DNA of 64,000 nucleotides from Actinomycetota bacterium (GTDB lineage: Bacteria > Actinomycetota > Actinomycetes > Mycobacteriales > SCTD01): the NCBI GenBank assembly GCA_046723735.1, contig JBKOVB010000088.1, positions 6,571-70,570 of the forward strand. The letters are read 5' to 3'. The notes under the pieces are model-generated. The model searched no databases. It saw only the letters and a list, made by a program, of their open reading frames with translations, and was not told where the DNA came from. A program made the translations under genes and the position numbers. Positions 1 through 7,522 of the stretch are shown here, piece by piece (position 1 is the first letter of the stretch; each line of letters begins with the position of its first letter).

Positions 1-876
1 CCCGACGTGGACGCCATCGTCCTTACCGCCATGGCGAAGAACCCCGCGCACCGGTACGCCGACGCCGACGCCATGCGGGAGGACCTGCTGCGCGCGGCGG
101 CCGGGGAGCGGGTGCTCGCCGTACCCGTGCTGCTCGCCGACGGCCCCGAGGAGACGGTGCCGGCCCGACCTGAGCACCGGCCTCGGCTGGTGTGGTCGGT
201 GTACGGCGCGGTGCTGACGCTGCTGCTGGTGCTCACTGCCGTGCTGGTGCACGCGGTGCTCGGTTCGCCGTCCGACCTCATCAAGGCGCCGACCGTCGTG
301 GGCAAGACGCAGCAGGAGGCGATGGACGAGCTGAGCGCGGCGGGTCTCAGCGTCGACAAGGTCACCGGGGTCTTCAACACTGCCCCGCTCGGCACCGTGC
401 TCGCGCAGAGCCCCGACAAGAACTTCTACGTACGACGAGGCGGGTCGGTCGACCTCACGGTGTCGCGAGGACTGGAGATGTCGAAGGTGCCGGCCGTCGT
501 GGGGCTGACCAGCGACGAGGCGCAGGCCACCCTCGACGCCGCCAAGCTCGCCGTCAAGACGGTGAGCAAGGACGGCAACTTCCCGCAAGGCCAGGTGCTC
601 TCGACATTGCCCGCGCCTGGCACGGTGCTGGCCGCGAGCAGCCCGGTGACGCTCGTCGTCGCCTCCGGCCGCAACAAGGTGCCCGACGTGCGGGGCATGA
701 CCTCCGACCAGGCGATCAGCACGCTCGCTGCCGCCGGGTTCGCGATCGGCATCCGTCCCGTCGAGTCGTCGGTCACGCCGGGGACGGTGCTCGACCAGTC
801 GCCGGTGGGCTCGCTCCAGGAGCGCGGCTCCGACGTCATCATCGACGTGGCCGCGGAACCCGACAGGTCCGGCTGA
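1..876 (+). CDS. pknB: Ser/Thr protein kinase PknB, C-terminal part (5' end lies outside the window)
   Basis: The ORF is open to the window edge in frame 1. It has a TM helix (LVWSVYGAVLTLLLVLTAVLV) followed by three PASTA-like repeats (VVGKTQQEA.., VVGLTSDEA.., VRGMTSDQA..). Its neighbours trpG, crgA and ppiA match the actinobacterial ori region. Confidence 0.85.
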   Translation, partial: PDVDAIVLTAMAKNPAHRYADADAMREDLLRAAAGERVLAVPVLLADGPEETVPARPEHRPRLVWSVYGAVLTLLLVLTAVLVHAVLGSPSDLIKAPTVVGKTQQEAMDELSAAGLSVDKVTGVFNTAPLGTVLAQSPDKNFYVRRGGSVDLTVSRGLEMSKVPAVVGLTSDEAQATLDAAKLAVKTVSKDGNFPQGQVLSTLPAPGTVLAASSPVTLVVASGRNKVPDVRGMTSDQAISTLAAAGFAIGIRPVESSVTPGTVLDQSPVGSLQERGSDVIIDVAAEPDRSG

Positions 877-899
877 GCCGACAAGCCTTGCGGCTCAGC
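872..899. terminator. Bidirectional hairpin between the convergent pknB and trpG genes
   Basis: Perfect 9-bp stem GCTGAGCCG / CGGCTCAGC with a 10-nt loop. It overlaps the pknB stop codon. Confidence 0.5.
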
Positions 900-900
900 A

Positions 901-948
901 CACGCTTCGCTTCGGCGCTCAGGCGAAGGCGGCCAGTCGCTTCTCCTC
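901..948 (-). repeat. Junction cassette copy D (3' end of trpG)
   Basis: Minus strand: GAGGAGAAGCGACTGGCCGCCTTCGCCTGAGCGCCGAAGCGAAGCGTG. It spans the trpG stop, ends in GTG rather than ATG, and is followed by the terminator hairpin. Confidence 0.5.
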
Positions 949-1563
949 GACCCGGGCGGCCAGCTCGGGCGCCAGGTCGGTCGCTCGGGTGTCACCGCAC
1001 TGGCGCAGCCACGTCGCCAGCAGGATGTGGCCGCCCTGGGTCAGCACCGACTCGGGGTGGAACTGAACCCCCTCGACGGCGTGGTCGCGGTGCCGCAGGG
1101 CCATCACGACACCACCCGGCGTGCGACCGGTGACCTGCAGCTCGGGGGGCAACGTGTCCTCCTCCACCGCGAGGGAGTGGTAGCGCGTCGCGGTGAACGG
1201 GCTCGGCAGCGCGTGGAGCACGCCTGCGTGCTGGTGCACGACCTCGCTGGTCTTGCCGTGCAGCAGCTCGGGGGCGCGGCCGACTGTGGCGCCGTGCGCG
1301 ACGGCGATCGCCTGGTGGCCCAGGCAGACCCCCAGCAGCGGCACCCCTTCGTCCTCGCAGGCGCCGACCAGCTCGACGCTTGCCCCGGCCTGCTCAGGCG
1401 CACCCGGACCGGGACTGAGCAGCACACCGTCGTACCCGCGCACGTCCAGCGGCTTCACCGCGTCGTTGCGTACCACGGTCGTGTCCGCCCCGAGCTGGCC
1501 AAGGTACTGCACGAGGTTGAAGACGAAGCTGTCGTAGTTGTCGACGACGAGGACCCGGGTCAC
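919..1563 (-). CDS. trpG: Glutamine amidotransferase, anthranilate/aminodeoxychorismate synthase component II
   Basis: Class I GATase motifs are present: VLVVDNYDSFVFNLVQYL, GVCLGHQAI, HPES. I chose the GTG start at 1563 (VTRVLVVDNYDSF). The track ORF extends to 1620. Confidence 0.85.
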   Translation of the reverse strand: MTRVLVVDNYDSFVFNLVQYLGQLGADTTVVRNDAVKPLDVRGYDGVLLSPGPGAPEQAGASVELVGACEDEGVPLLGVCLGHQAIAVAHGATVGRAPELLHGKTSEVVHQHAGVLHALPSPFTATRYHSLAVEEDTLPPELQVTGRTPGGVVMALRHRDHAVEGVQFHPESVLTQGGHILLATWLRQCGDTRATDLAPELAARVEEKRLAAFA

Positions 1564-1693
1564 GCCACCACCGTACGACGGGGACGGGTCGCCCCGCGGA
1601 GGTGATGCTCGATCACGCATGGCGATGCCTGATCCGGCATGCGGCTGCGAAGAACGGACACGCCGGGCTGGGCCCCGCGTCCCGTGGCTGCCA

Positions 1694-3787
1694 CTACGCC
1701 TGAGGAGCGGGCGCCTGCTTTGCCGGAGCCTTCTTCGCTGCTGTCTTCTTCGCCGGGGCAGCCTTCGTGGCCGGAGTGGCCTTCGTGGCCGGAGCCTTCT
1801 TCGGTGCCGCCTGCTTCGCCGGAGCAGCAGCCTTCTTCGCCGGTGCCTTGTTGGCGGGTGCCTCCGTGGTGGCCTTCGCAGGACGCTTCGCCGCGGTAGC
1901 CGCCTTGGCAGGGGTCGCCTGCTTCTTCACCGCGGGCTTTCGGGCGGCGGCCTTCTTGGCCGGCGCCGAAGCCGCCGCGTCGCCGAGGGCAGCACCTGCC
2001 GCCTTGGCGCGCTCCTCCTCCACGAGCACCCGGCGCAGCACCTTGCCCACGACGGTGCGGGGCAGGCTGTCCCGGAACTCCACGAGCTTCGGCACCTTGT
2101 ACGCGGTCAGCGACGCGGCGCAGTGCGCGACGACGTCGTCCTCGCTGAGCGTCGCCCCGGGCGCCTTCACGACGAACGCCTTCACGGTCTCGCCCCGGTA
2201 GCGGTCCGGAACGCCGACGACGACGCAGTCCTGCACACCGGGCAGGGTGAACAGCACCTCCTCCACCTCGGTCGGGTAGATGTTGAACCCGCCCGCGATG
2301 ATGAGCTCCTTCTTGCGGTCGACGATGGTGAAGTACCCGTCCTCGTCCATCACCGCGATGTCGCCGGTCAGCAGGTAACCGTCCTCGGTGAACACGCCCT
2401 GCTGGTCGTCACGACCCCAGTAGCCTTGGAACACCTGAGGACCCGCGATCGCGAGCTCACCCGGCTCGCCGACCGGCACCTCGCGCCGGCTGTCCTCCTG
2501 GTCGACCACCTTGCACCGGGTGCCCGGCAGCGGCACGCCGATGCTGCCGAAGCGCCCGCCCGTCGTCGGGTTGGCATGGGTCGAGGGCGAGGTCTCGGTC
2601 ATGCCGTAGCCCTCGATGAGGGTGGCGCCCGAGATCTTCGTGAACTGCTCGGCGATCTCGACCGGCAGCTTCATCGCGCCGGACACGCACAGCCGGATGG
2701 AGCGCAGGTCGTGGTCCCTGGCCTTCGGACTGTCGGCGATCGCCTTGTAGATCGGGGGGACGCCGGGGAACAGCGTCGGCTTCCAGCGGTCCACTGCCTC
2801 GAAGACCAGGTCCAGGTCGAAGCGCGGCAGCAGCACGATGGTGCCGGCGAGCAGGATCGTGTTCGTCATCGCGACGGTGAGGCCGTAGGCGTGGAACAAG
2901 GGCAGCACGGCGAGGGTGACCTCCTTGCCCGCGACCGCACCGGTGTCCCACAGCCGGTTCATGTACGCGTTGGCGACGAGGTTGCCGTGGGTGAGCATCG
3001 CGCCCTTCGACAGCCCGGTCGTGCCGCCGGTGTACTGCAGCAGCGCGAGGTCGTCGCCGCTCACCGGCTCCTGGCCGGGCACCGGCGTCGCCTTCCTCAG
3101 CAGCGCCTGGAAGTCCTTCGTGCCGGGTGGCACCGGGGCGGACAGCTCGGCCCGCATGCGGCGTGCCTTCGCCACCGGCAGCCGGAGCTTCAGCTGCGAC
3201 GACCGCGGCAGGTAGTCGACCAGGGAGGTCACGACGACGTGCTCGACCGCCGTGTCCTTCTTGACGTGCAGCACGTTCTGTACGACCCGGTCGAGGGCCA
3301 CGACGACCTTCGCGCCGCAGTCCGCGAGCTGGTGGCGCAGCTCGTGCTCGGTGTACAGCGGGTTGTGCTCTACGACCACCGCGCCGAGTCGCAAGGCGGC
3401 GAAGAACGCGATGACGTTCTGCGGGCAGTTCGGCAGCACCAGCGCGACGCGGTGGCCCTTGCGCACGCCGAGGTCGCGCAGCACGCCCGCGAACCGGTCC
3501 ACCTGGTCCTTCAGCTCGCGGTACGTCGTGGTGGCGCCCAGGAACGCCAGCGCCACGTGCTGCGGAAAGCTCGCCGCCGCGTCGTCCAGCAGCCGGGTGA
3601 GAGCGAAGGTCGGGAACGAGTACGTCGCCGGCACGCCCTCCGGGTAGCTCGCGAGCCAGGGCATCTGCGCGTACGGCGAAACATCGGCCTTCGCGGCTGC
3701 CTTGGCCCTGCTCCGGGGCGCGGCGGGGGCGGTGGACTTGCTGGGTGACTTGCGGGGGCCAGGCACGACGGAGCCTCTCAGGCGCAC
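1694..3787 (-). CDS. Long-chain fatty-acid--CoA ligase (AMP-dependent synthetase) with a C-terminal Lys/Ala/Pro-rich tail
   Basis: AMP-binding signatures LLQYTGGTTGLSKGAMLTHGNL, GYGMTETS and TGDIAVMDEDGYFTIVDRKKELI. The last ~105 aa are AKKA/PAKK repeats. An alternative start is M42 at 3664 (MPWLASYPEG). Confidence 0.85.
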   Translation of the reverse strand: MRLRGSVVPGPRKSPSKSTAPAAPRSRAKAAAKADVSPYAQMPWLASYPEGVPATYSFPTFALTRLLDDAAASFPQHVALAFLGATTTYRELKDQVDRFAGVLRDLGVRKGHRVALVLPNCPQNVIAFFAALRLGAVVVEHNPLYTEHELRHQLADCGAKVVVALDRVVQNVLHVKKDTAVEHVVVTSLVDYLPRSSQLKLRLPVAKARRMRAELSAPVPPGTKDFQALLRKATPVPGQEPVSGDDLALLQYTGGTTGLSKGAMLTHGNLVANAYMNRLWDTGAVAGKEVTLAVLPLFHAYGLTVAMTNTILLAGTIVLLPRFDLDLVFEAVDRWKPTLFPGVPPIYKAIADSPKARDHDLRSIRLCVSGAMKLPVEIAEQFTKISGATLIEGYGMTETSPSTHANPTTGGRFGSIGVPLPGTRCKVVDQEDSRREVPVGEPGELAIAGPQVFQGYWGRDDQQGVFTEDGYLLTGDIAVMDEDGYFTIVDRKKELIIAGGFNIYPTEVEEVLFTLPGVQDCVVVGVPDRYRGETVKAFVVKAPGATLSEDDVVAHCAASLTAYKVPKLVEFRDSLPRTVVGKVLRRVLVEEERAKAAGAALGDAAASAPAKKAAARKPAVKKQATPAKAATAAKRPAKATTEAPANKAPAKKAAAPAKQAAPKKAPATKATPATKAAPAKKTAAKKAPAKQAPAPQA

Positions 3788-3856
3788 TCGGGACGACCCG
3801 CCACGCGCGGGCCGACGAAGATTGTGGCACCTAAGCCGAGCGCCTGTGGCTCGCGG

Positions 3857-4081
3857 TCAGCCCTCGGGAAGGGTGGGGACGCCCGCCGGCGTGACCGTGG
3901 GCGCAGGGACGGGGCTGCTGCTGGGTCCGGGCACCGTGACGTCGGAGTAGGGCAGGGCCGCCTCCACCCGCGGGAACACCCAGACGAACAGCACGGTGAC
4001 GGCGATCCCCAGCAGTACCAGGGCCTGCAGCGCGCGCAGCGCGAGGGGACCGGGGAGGCGGCGCCAGAGCCAGACGTACAT
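3857..4081 (-). CDS. Small membrane protein, translationally coupled to the sortase
   Basis: The ATG at 4081 overlaps the sortase stop by 1 nt (TGATG). The 74-aa product has one TM helix (ALQALVLLGIAVTVLFVWVF) and a Pro/Ser-rich tail. Confidence 0.45.
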   Translation of the reverse strand: MYVWLWRRLPGPLALRALQALVLLGIAVTVLFVWVFPRVEAALPYSDVTVPGPSSSPVPAPTVTPAGVPTLPEG

Positions 4082-4791
4082 CAGCGCCCCCGCAGGGCAG
4101 GCGGCGAGGCCGCGGTCGTCGACTTCAGCTGCGCGCTCTGCAGCACGGCCCGCACGATGAGCCGCTGCTTCGCGGAGTACTTGGGGTTGCAGGTGGTCAG
4201 GGTCAGCAACCGTTCGGCCGGCACCGCGCCGGGGTGGTCCGGCACGGCGTACGTGACGCCCACCGCGCTCGGCCGTACGACGAACACGCCGCGCACGGTG
4301 TACGTGAACCACCCGGTGCGGGTCTCGAGCACGATCGGGTCACCCGGGGCCAGCTCGTCGAGCCGGTTGAACGGTGCGCCGTACGTCGTCCGGTGCCCGC
4401 TGATGACGACGTTGCCGAGCTGACCGGGCAGCGCCGTGCCGGGGTAGTGGCCGGGGCCCTTCTTGAGATCGGCGTGGCTGACGCCCTCCACCACCACGTG
4501 CACCTGCTTGCGCCCCAGCGTCGGGAAGTAGATGCGCGCGACACCCTTCCCGTCGACCCAGCGCTCCACGACCGGCCGGGCGGGCACCTTCGGCGGCGGG
4601 CTGGCCCACTCCTTGACGAGCGTCCTGTCGAGACGGCTCTGCTGGTGCGCGGTGTAGACGTTCGTGACCTTGAGCTCGTACACGCAGAACAGCAGCACCA
4701 CGACGCCGACGGTGATGAGCAGCTGACCGAGACCGCGCAGCACGCCGCGCACGGCCTCGCCGCGCGAGCTCTCTTCTCCGCTCGGTGACAT
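4081..4791 (-). CDS. Class E sortase
   Basis: N-terminal TM anchor and sortase motifs (GNVVISGHRTTYGAPF, LLTLTTCNP catalytic Cys region). ATG at 4791. An in-frame GTG at 4839 overlaps the upstream stop (GTGA) and is an alternative start. Confidence 0.85.
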   Translation of the reverse strand: MSPSGEESSRGEAVRGVLRGLGQLLITVGVVVLLFCVYELKVTNVYTAHQQSRLDRTLVKEWASPPPKVPARPVVERWVDGKGVARIYFPTLGRKQVHVVVEGVSHADLKKGPGHYPGTALPGQLGNVVISGHRTTYGAPFNRLDELAPGDPIVLETRTGWFTYTVRGVFVVRPSAVGVTYAVPDHPGAVPAERLLTLTTCNPKYSAKQRLIVRAVLQSAQLKSTTAASPPALRGR

Positions 4792-4838
4792 GGTTCGCTT
4801 CGGCGTTCGCTCGCTGCGCGAGCTCTCTTCTCCGCTCA
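4792..4838 (-). repeat. Junction cassette copy A (DUF881 stop to sortase ATG)
   Basis: Minus strand: TGAGCGGAGAAGAGAGCTCGCGCAGCGAGCGAACGCCGAAGCGAACC, followed by ATG. A 22-bp block (4816-4837) is repeated exactly at 4762-4783, inside the sortase gene. Confidence 0.6.
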
Positions 4839-5609
4839 CGAACCGCTCGCGTGCGGGAGGTCCAGCGGGCCGTCGTACGCCGGGAGGCGAAGGTCGGGCG
4901 CCGACGTCACGGCGTACCCCAGGCCGTAGGCGTCGACGTACCGCCGGAACAGCGCCACCCCCGGCTCGGCGTCGAGCGCGGCGCGCATCGGGGCCGGGTC
5001 GCCGATCGCCTTGAGCACAAAGGGCGGCCCGACCAGCCGGCCCTGCACGAGCAGCGTGTTGCCGACGCACCGCACGGCGCTGGTGCTCACCACGCGCTCG
5101 CCCATGAGCGTCACCGCCTCCGCCCCACCGGCCCACAGCGCGTTCAGCACCGACTGGACGTCCTGCTGGTGCACGACGAGGTCGTCGGGGTTGCGGCTGG
5201 CAGGGGGCTGGCCGTCCGGCGGACGCGCGGCGTCGTCGAGCCGCACCACGAGCCCCGGGCCGTGCACGGCGGTGAGCCCCGCGGCAGCCAGCAGCGCGTT
5301 GCCGCGCTGGGTCTGGCGGGCGACGGTGGACGACCGGCTCGCCGCGGCGGCCGCCTGCTGCTCGACCTCGCGGCGCAGCGCCGCGGCCTGGCTCTCCTGG
5401 TCGGCGACCGAGGACTGGGTCGCGGCGATGAGGTCGTTGAGCTGCGAGAACCGCCCGCCACGCAGGTCCGTGCCCTGCGAGGTCTCCCGGCTGGTCCCGA
5501 ACAAGGCCCCCGCCGCGAGGAAGGTGACCGGCACGAGCACGCGCCAACGCACCGGACGACGCCTCGCCGCGGGGTGCGGCGGCCGGTCCTCGCCCTCGCG
5601 GCTCAGCAT
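4836..5609 (-). CDS. DUF881 family membrane protein (conserved crgA neighbour)
   Basis: Start at ATG 5609 (MLSREGEDRPP..). The product has a TM helix, a coiled segment and a conserved C-terminal DUF881-like region (NALWAGGAEAVTLMGERVVSTSAVRCVGNTLLVQG). The track ORF upstream of 5609 is antisense to crgA. Confidence 0.8.
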   Translation of the reverse strand: MLSREGEDRPPHPAARRRPVRWRVLVPVTFLAAGALFGTSRETSQGTDLRGGRFSQLNDLIAATQSSVADQESQAAALRREVEQQAAAAASRSSTVARQTQRGNALLAAAGLTAVHGPGLVVRLDDAARPPDGQPPASRNPDDLVVHQQDVQSVLNALWAGGAEAVTLMGERVVSTSAVRCVGNTLLVQGRLVGPPFVLKAIGDPAPMRAALDAEPGVALFRRYVDAYGLGYAVTSAPDLRLPAYDGPLDLPHASGS

Positions 5610-5615
5610 GCCCGT

Positions 5616-5622
5616 TACGCTA
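5616..5622. promoter_or_regulatory. Overlapping face-to-face -10 hexamers for leaderless crgA (+) and the DUF881 gene (-)
   Basis: TACGCT at 5616-5621 lies 6 nt before the crgA ATG. TAGCGT at 5622-5617 (minus) lies 7 nt before the DUF881 ATG. Both fit TAnnnT. The total spacer is 18 bp. Confidence 0.3.
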
Positions 5623-5627
5623 ACCCC

Positions 5628-5885
5628 ATGCCCGAGTCCAAGAAGCGGAAGAAGGCCGCGTACACCCCTCCGCCACCGGCGGGGGGCGTGAACAAGAAGG
5701 GCCCGAGCCCGGTCTGGCTCGCGCCCCTGATGCTCGCGCTTTTCCTCACGGGCATCGTGTGGCTGGTCGTCTACTACATCGCGGGCACCGACATGCCGGT
5801 CGTCGGCAGCCTCGGCAACAAGAACCTGCTCATCGGCTTCGGCTTCATCGTCGCGGGCTTCGGCCTGTCGACGCAGTGGCGCTGA
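5628..5885 (+). CDS. crgA: Cell division protein CrgA
   Basis: 85-aa product MPESKKRKKAAYTPPP... with two TM helices (VWLAPLMLALFLTGIVWLVVYY, LLIGFGFIVAGFGL). This is the typical CrgA architecture and position. Confidence 0.85.
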   Translation: MPESKKRKKAAYTPPPPAGGVNKKGPSPVWLAPLMLALFLTGIVWLVVYYIAGTDMPVVGSLGNKNLLIGFGFIVAGFGLSTQWR

Positions 5886-6042
5886 ACCCCTTTCGGGCAC
5901 GACTCACAACGGTGTAGTTCTCCCCAGGAGATCTCCACAGTGTGGAAATACTCGGCGGGTGGTGAGGTGCGGGTGACCACCCGGACAGGTGACACCCGAG
6001 ATCTCCCCCGTCACGCGTCGTGACAAACCCGGCGAAACGCGG

Positions 6043-7065
6043 TCAGGTCAGCGCAGCGGTGCGCGCGGCGACGAGCCCCACGACGAGGAGCGCGACGGCG
6101 GCGAGGCCGAGGCCCTGGACGACGGGGCGCTGCCGCCCGGGCGGCGCGTAGACCAGCGCCGCCGTTACGAGCGCGCCCGTCACGAGGCCTCCGACGTGGC
6201 CGCGCCAGTCGATGTTGGGCAGGGCGAACGACAGCACGAGGTTGAGCATGATCGTCGCGCCGATCCCACCGAGCTCCCCGCCGCGACGGTGCTGGATCAC
6301 CAGAAAGGCGCCGAACAGCCCGAACACCGCGCCGGACGCGCCGGCGGCGAGCTCCTGGACCGGCCCGAGCGCATAGGACAGCGCAGCCCCGCCGAGCCCG
6401 GACAGCAGGTAGACGAGGGTGAACCGCGCGCGCCCCAGCGTGCGCTCGAGCGACGGCCCGACCAGCCACAGCACGTACATGTTGAGCGCGAAGTGGATGA
6501 GCCCGAAGTGCAGGAAGGTCGAGGTGAGCAGCCGGTAGTACTCGCCGTCCGCCACACCCCCGCTCCCGGGGACGCACGTCCCGTCCGCGTAGATGCGGCC
6601 GCACGGCTGCAGGGCGAGGTGCTGGAACAGCGACGACAGCGACGCGCCGAAGCCGTACGCAAAGCTCCCCGTCAGGAGCAGCAGCAAGCCGCACAGGCCC
6701 ACGAGCACGTAGGTGACGAGCGGCTGGTCGTGCGCCTGCCCGCCGTACGCGCCACGCGGACGCCGGACTGTCGCGTGACCCTCCTTCACGCAGGACGGGC
6801 ACTGGAAGCCGACCGCCGCCGACCGCATGCAGTCAGGGCAGATCGGCCGCTCGCACCGGGTGCAGCGGACGTGGCTCTCGCGGTCGGGGTGCCGGTAGCA
6901 GACCGGTGGCGCCGCGGCCTGGGGCTCGGTCAGGGCCGGTGCCTCAGGACTCGGTGTTCTCGATGGAGACGGTCTCGATGACGACCTCGTCGACCGGCCG
7001 GTCCATCGGACCCACCTGCGTGGTGGCGATGGCGTCGACGACCGCCCGGGAGGAGGCATCGGCAA
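6043..7065 (-). CDS. Rhomboid family intramembrane serine protease with an N-terminal zinc ribbon
   Basis: Rhomboid motifs LHFGLIHFALNMYVLW and GASGAVFGLFGA. The N-terminal CYRHPDRESHVRCTRCERPICPDC is a zinc ribbon. The start is unresolved: there is no ATG/GTG/TTG between the ppiA stop and the zinc ribbon, so the ATG at 7065 implies a 122-nt overlap with ppiA. Confidence 0.75.
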   Translation of the reverse strand: MPMPPPGRSSTPSPPRRWVRWTGRSTRSSSRPSPSRTPSPEAPALTEPQAAAPPVCYRHPDRESHVRCTRCERPICPDCMRSAAVGFQCPSCVKEGHATVRRPRGAYGGQAHDQPLVTYVLVGLCGLLLLLTGSFAYGFGASLSSLFQHLALQPCGRIYADGTCVPGSGGVADGEYYRLLTSTFLHFGLIHFALNMYVLWLVGPSLERTLGRARFTLVYLLSGLGGAALSYALGPVQELAAGASGAVFGLFGAFLVIQHRRGGELGGIGATIMLNLVLSFALPNIDWRGHVGGLVTGALVTAALVYAPPGRQRPVVQGLGLAAVALLVVGLVAARTAALT

Positions 7066-7468
7066 CTTCGCCGAAGATCGTGTGCTTCGCGTTCAGCCAG
7101 GGCGTCTCGGCGACGGTGATGAAGAACTGGGAGCCGTTCGTGCCGGGCCCCGCGTTGGCCATGGCGAGCAGGTACGGCCGGTTGAACTGCAGCTCGGGGT
7201 GGATCTCGTCCTTGAACCGGTAGCCGGGGCCGCCGGTGCCGGTGCCCAGCGGGTCCCCGCCCTGGATCATGAAGTTCGCGATGACGCGGTGGAAGACGGT
7301 GCCGTCGTACAGCGCACCCTCGCCCTTGGCACCCGTGCGGGGGTTCGTCCACTCGCCGGTCCCGTCGGCAAGGCCCACGAAGTTGCGCACCGTCGCGGGT
7401 GCGTGGTTGGGGAACAGCTCGAGGCGGATGTCGCCGCGGTTGGTCTTGATGGTCGCGAACAGCGCCAC
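6944..7468 (-). CDS. ppiA: Peptidyl-prolyl cis-trans isomerase, cyclophilin type
   Basis: Cyclophilin signatures YDGTVFHRVIANFMIQGGDP and MANAGPGTNGSQFFI. GTG start at 7468. Confidence 0.92.
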   Translation of the reverse strand: MALFATIKTNRGDIRLELFPNHAPATVRNFVGLADGTGEWTNPRTGAKGEGALYDGTVFHRVIANFMIQGGDPLGTGTGGPGYRFKDEIHPELQFNRPYLLAMANAGPGTNGSQFFITVAETPWLNAKHTIFGEVADASSRAVVDAIATTQVGPMDRPVDEVVIETVSIENTES

Positions 7469-7486
7469 GAGGGGCTCCTCACCGAG

Positions 7487-7506
7487 GGACGGAACGGGCT
7501 CCGTCC
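7487..7506 (-). terminator. Hairpin downstream of the GGDEF gene
   Basis: 7-bp stem GGACGGA / TCCGTCC with a 6-nt loop, in the 54-nt spacer before ppiA. There is no clear U-tract. Confidence 0.3.
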
Positions 7507-7522
7507 ACTCTAGGTGGGAGGC

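Noticed and set aside
1538-3748. A 736-aa plus-strand ORF, along with similar very long ORFs at 15204-17666, 17907-20360, 20523-22655, 48875-51196 and 58080-60077.
   Set aside because: All are antisense to genes with unmistakable conserved motifs (acyl-CoA ligase, gyrA, gyrB, recF/gnd, CCA enzyme, secreted protein). Their translations are Arg/Gly/Ala/Pro-rich low-complexity strings typical of stop-codon-poor GC-rich DNA.
4792-5547. Extension of the sortase ORF to 488 aa, and of recF (to 22394) and dnaN (to 24578) beyond their conserved N-termini.
   Set aside because: The upstream parts overlap well-supported genes or oriC in another frame and have non-protein-like composition. The internal starts give canonical lengths and coupled stop/start overlaps.
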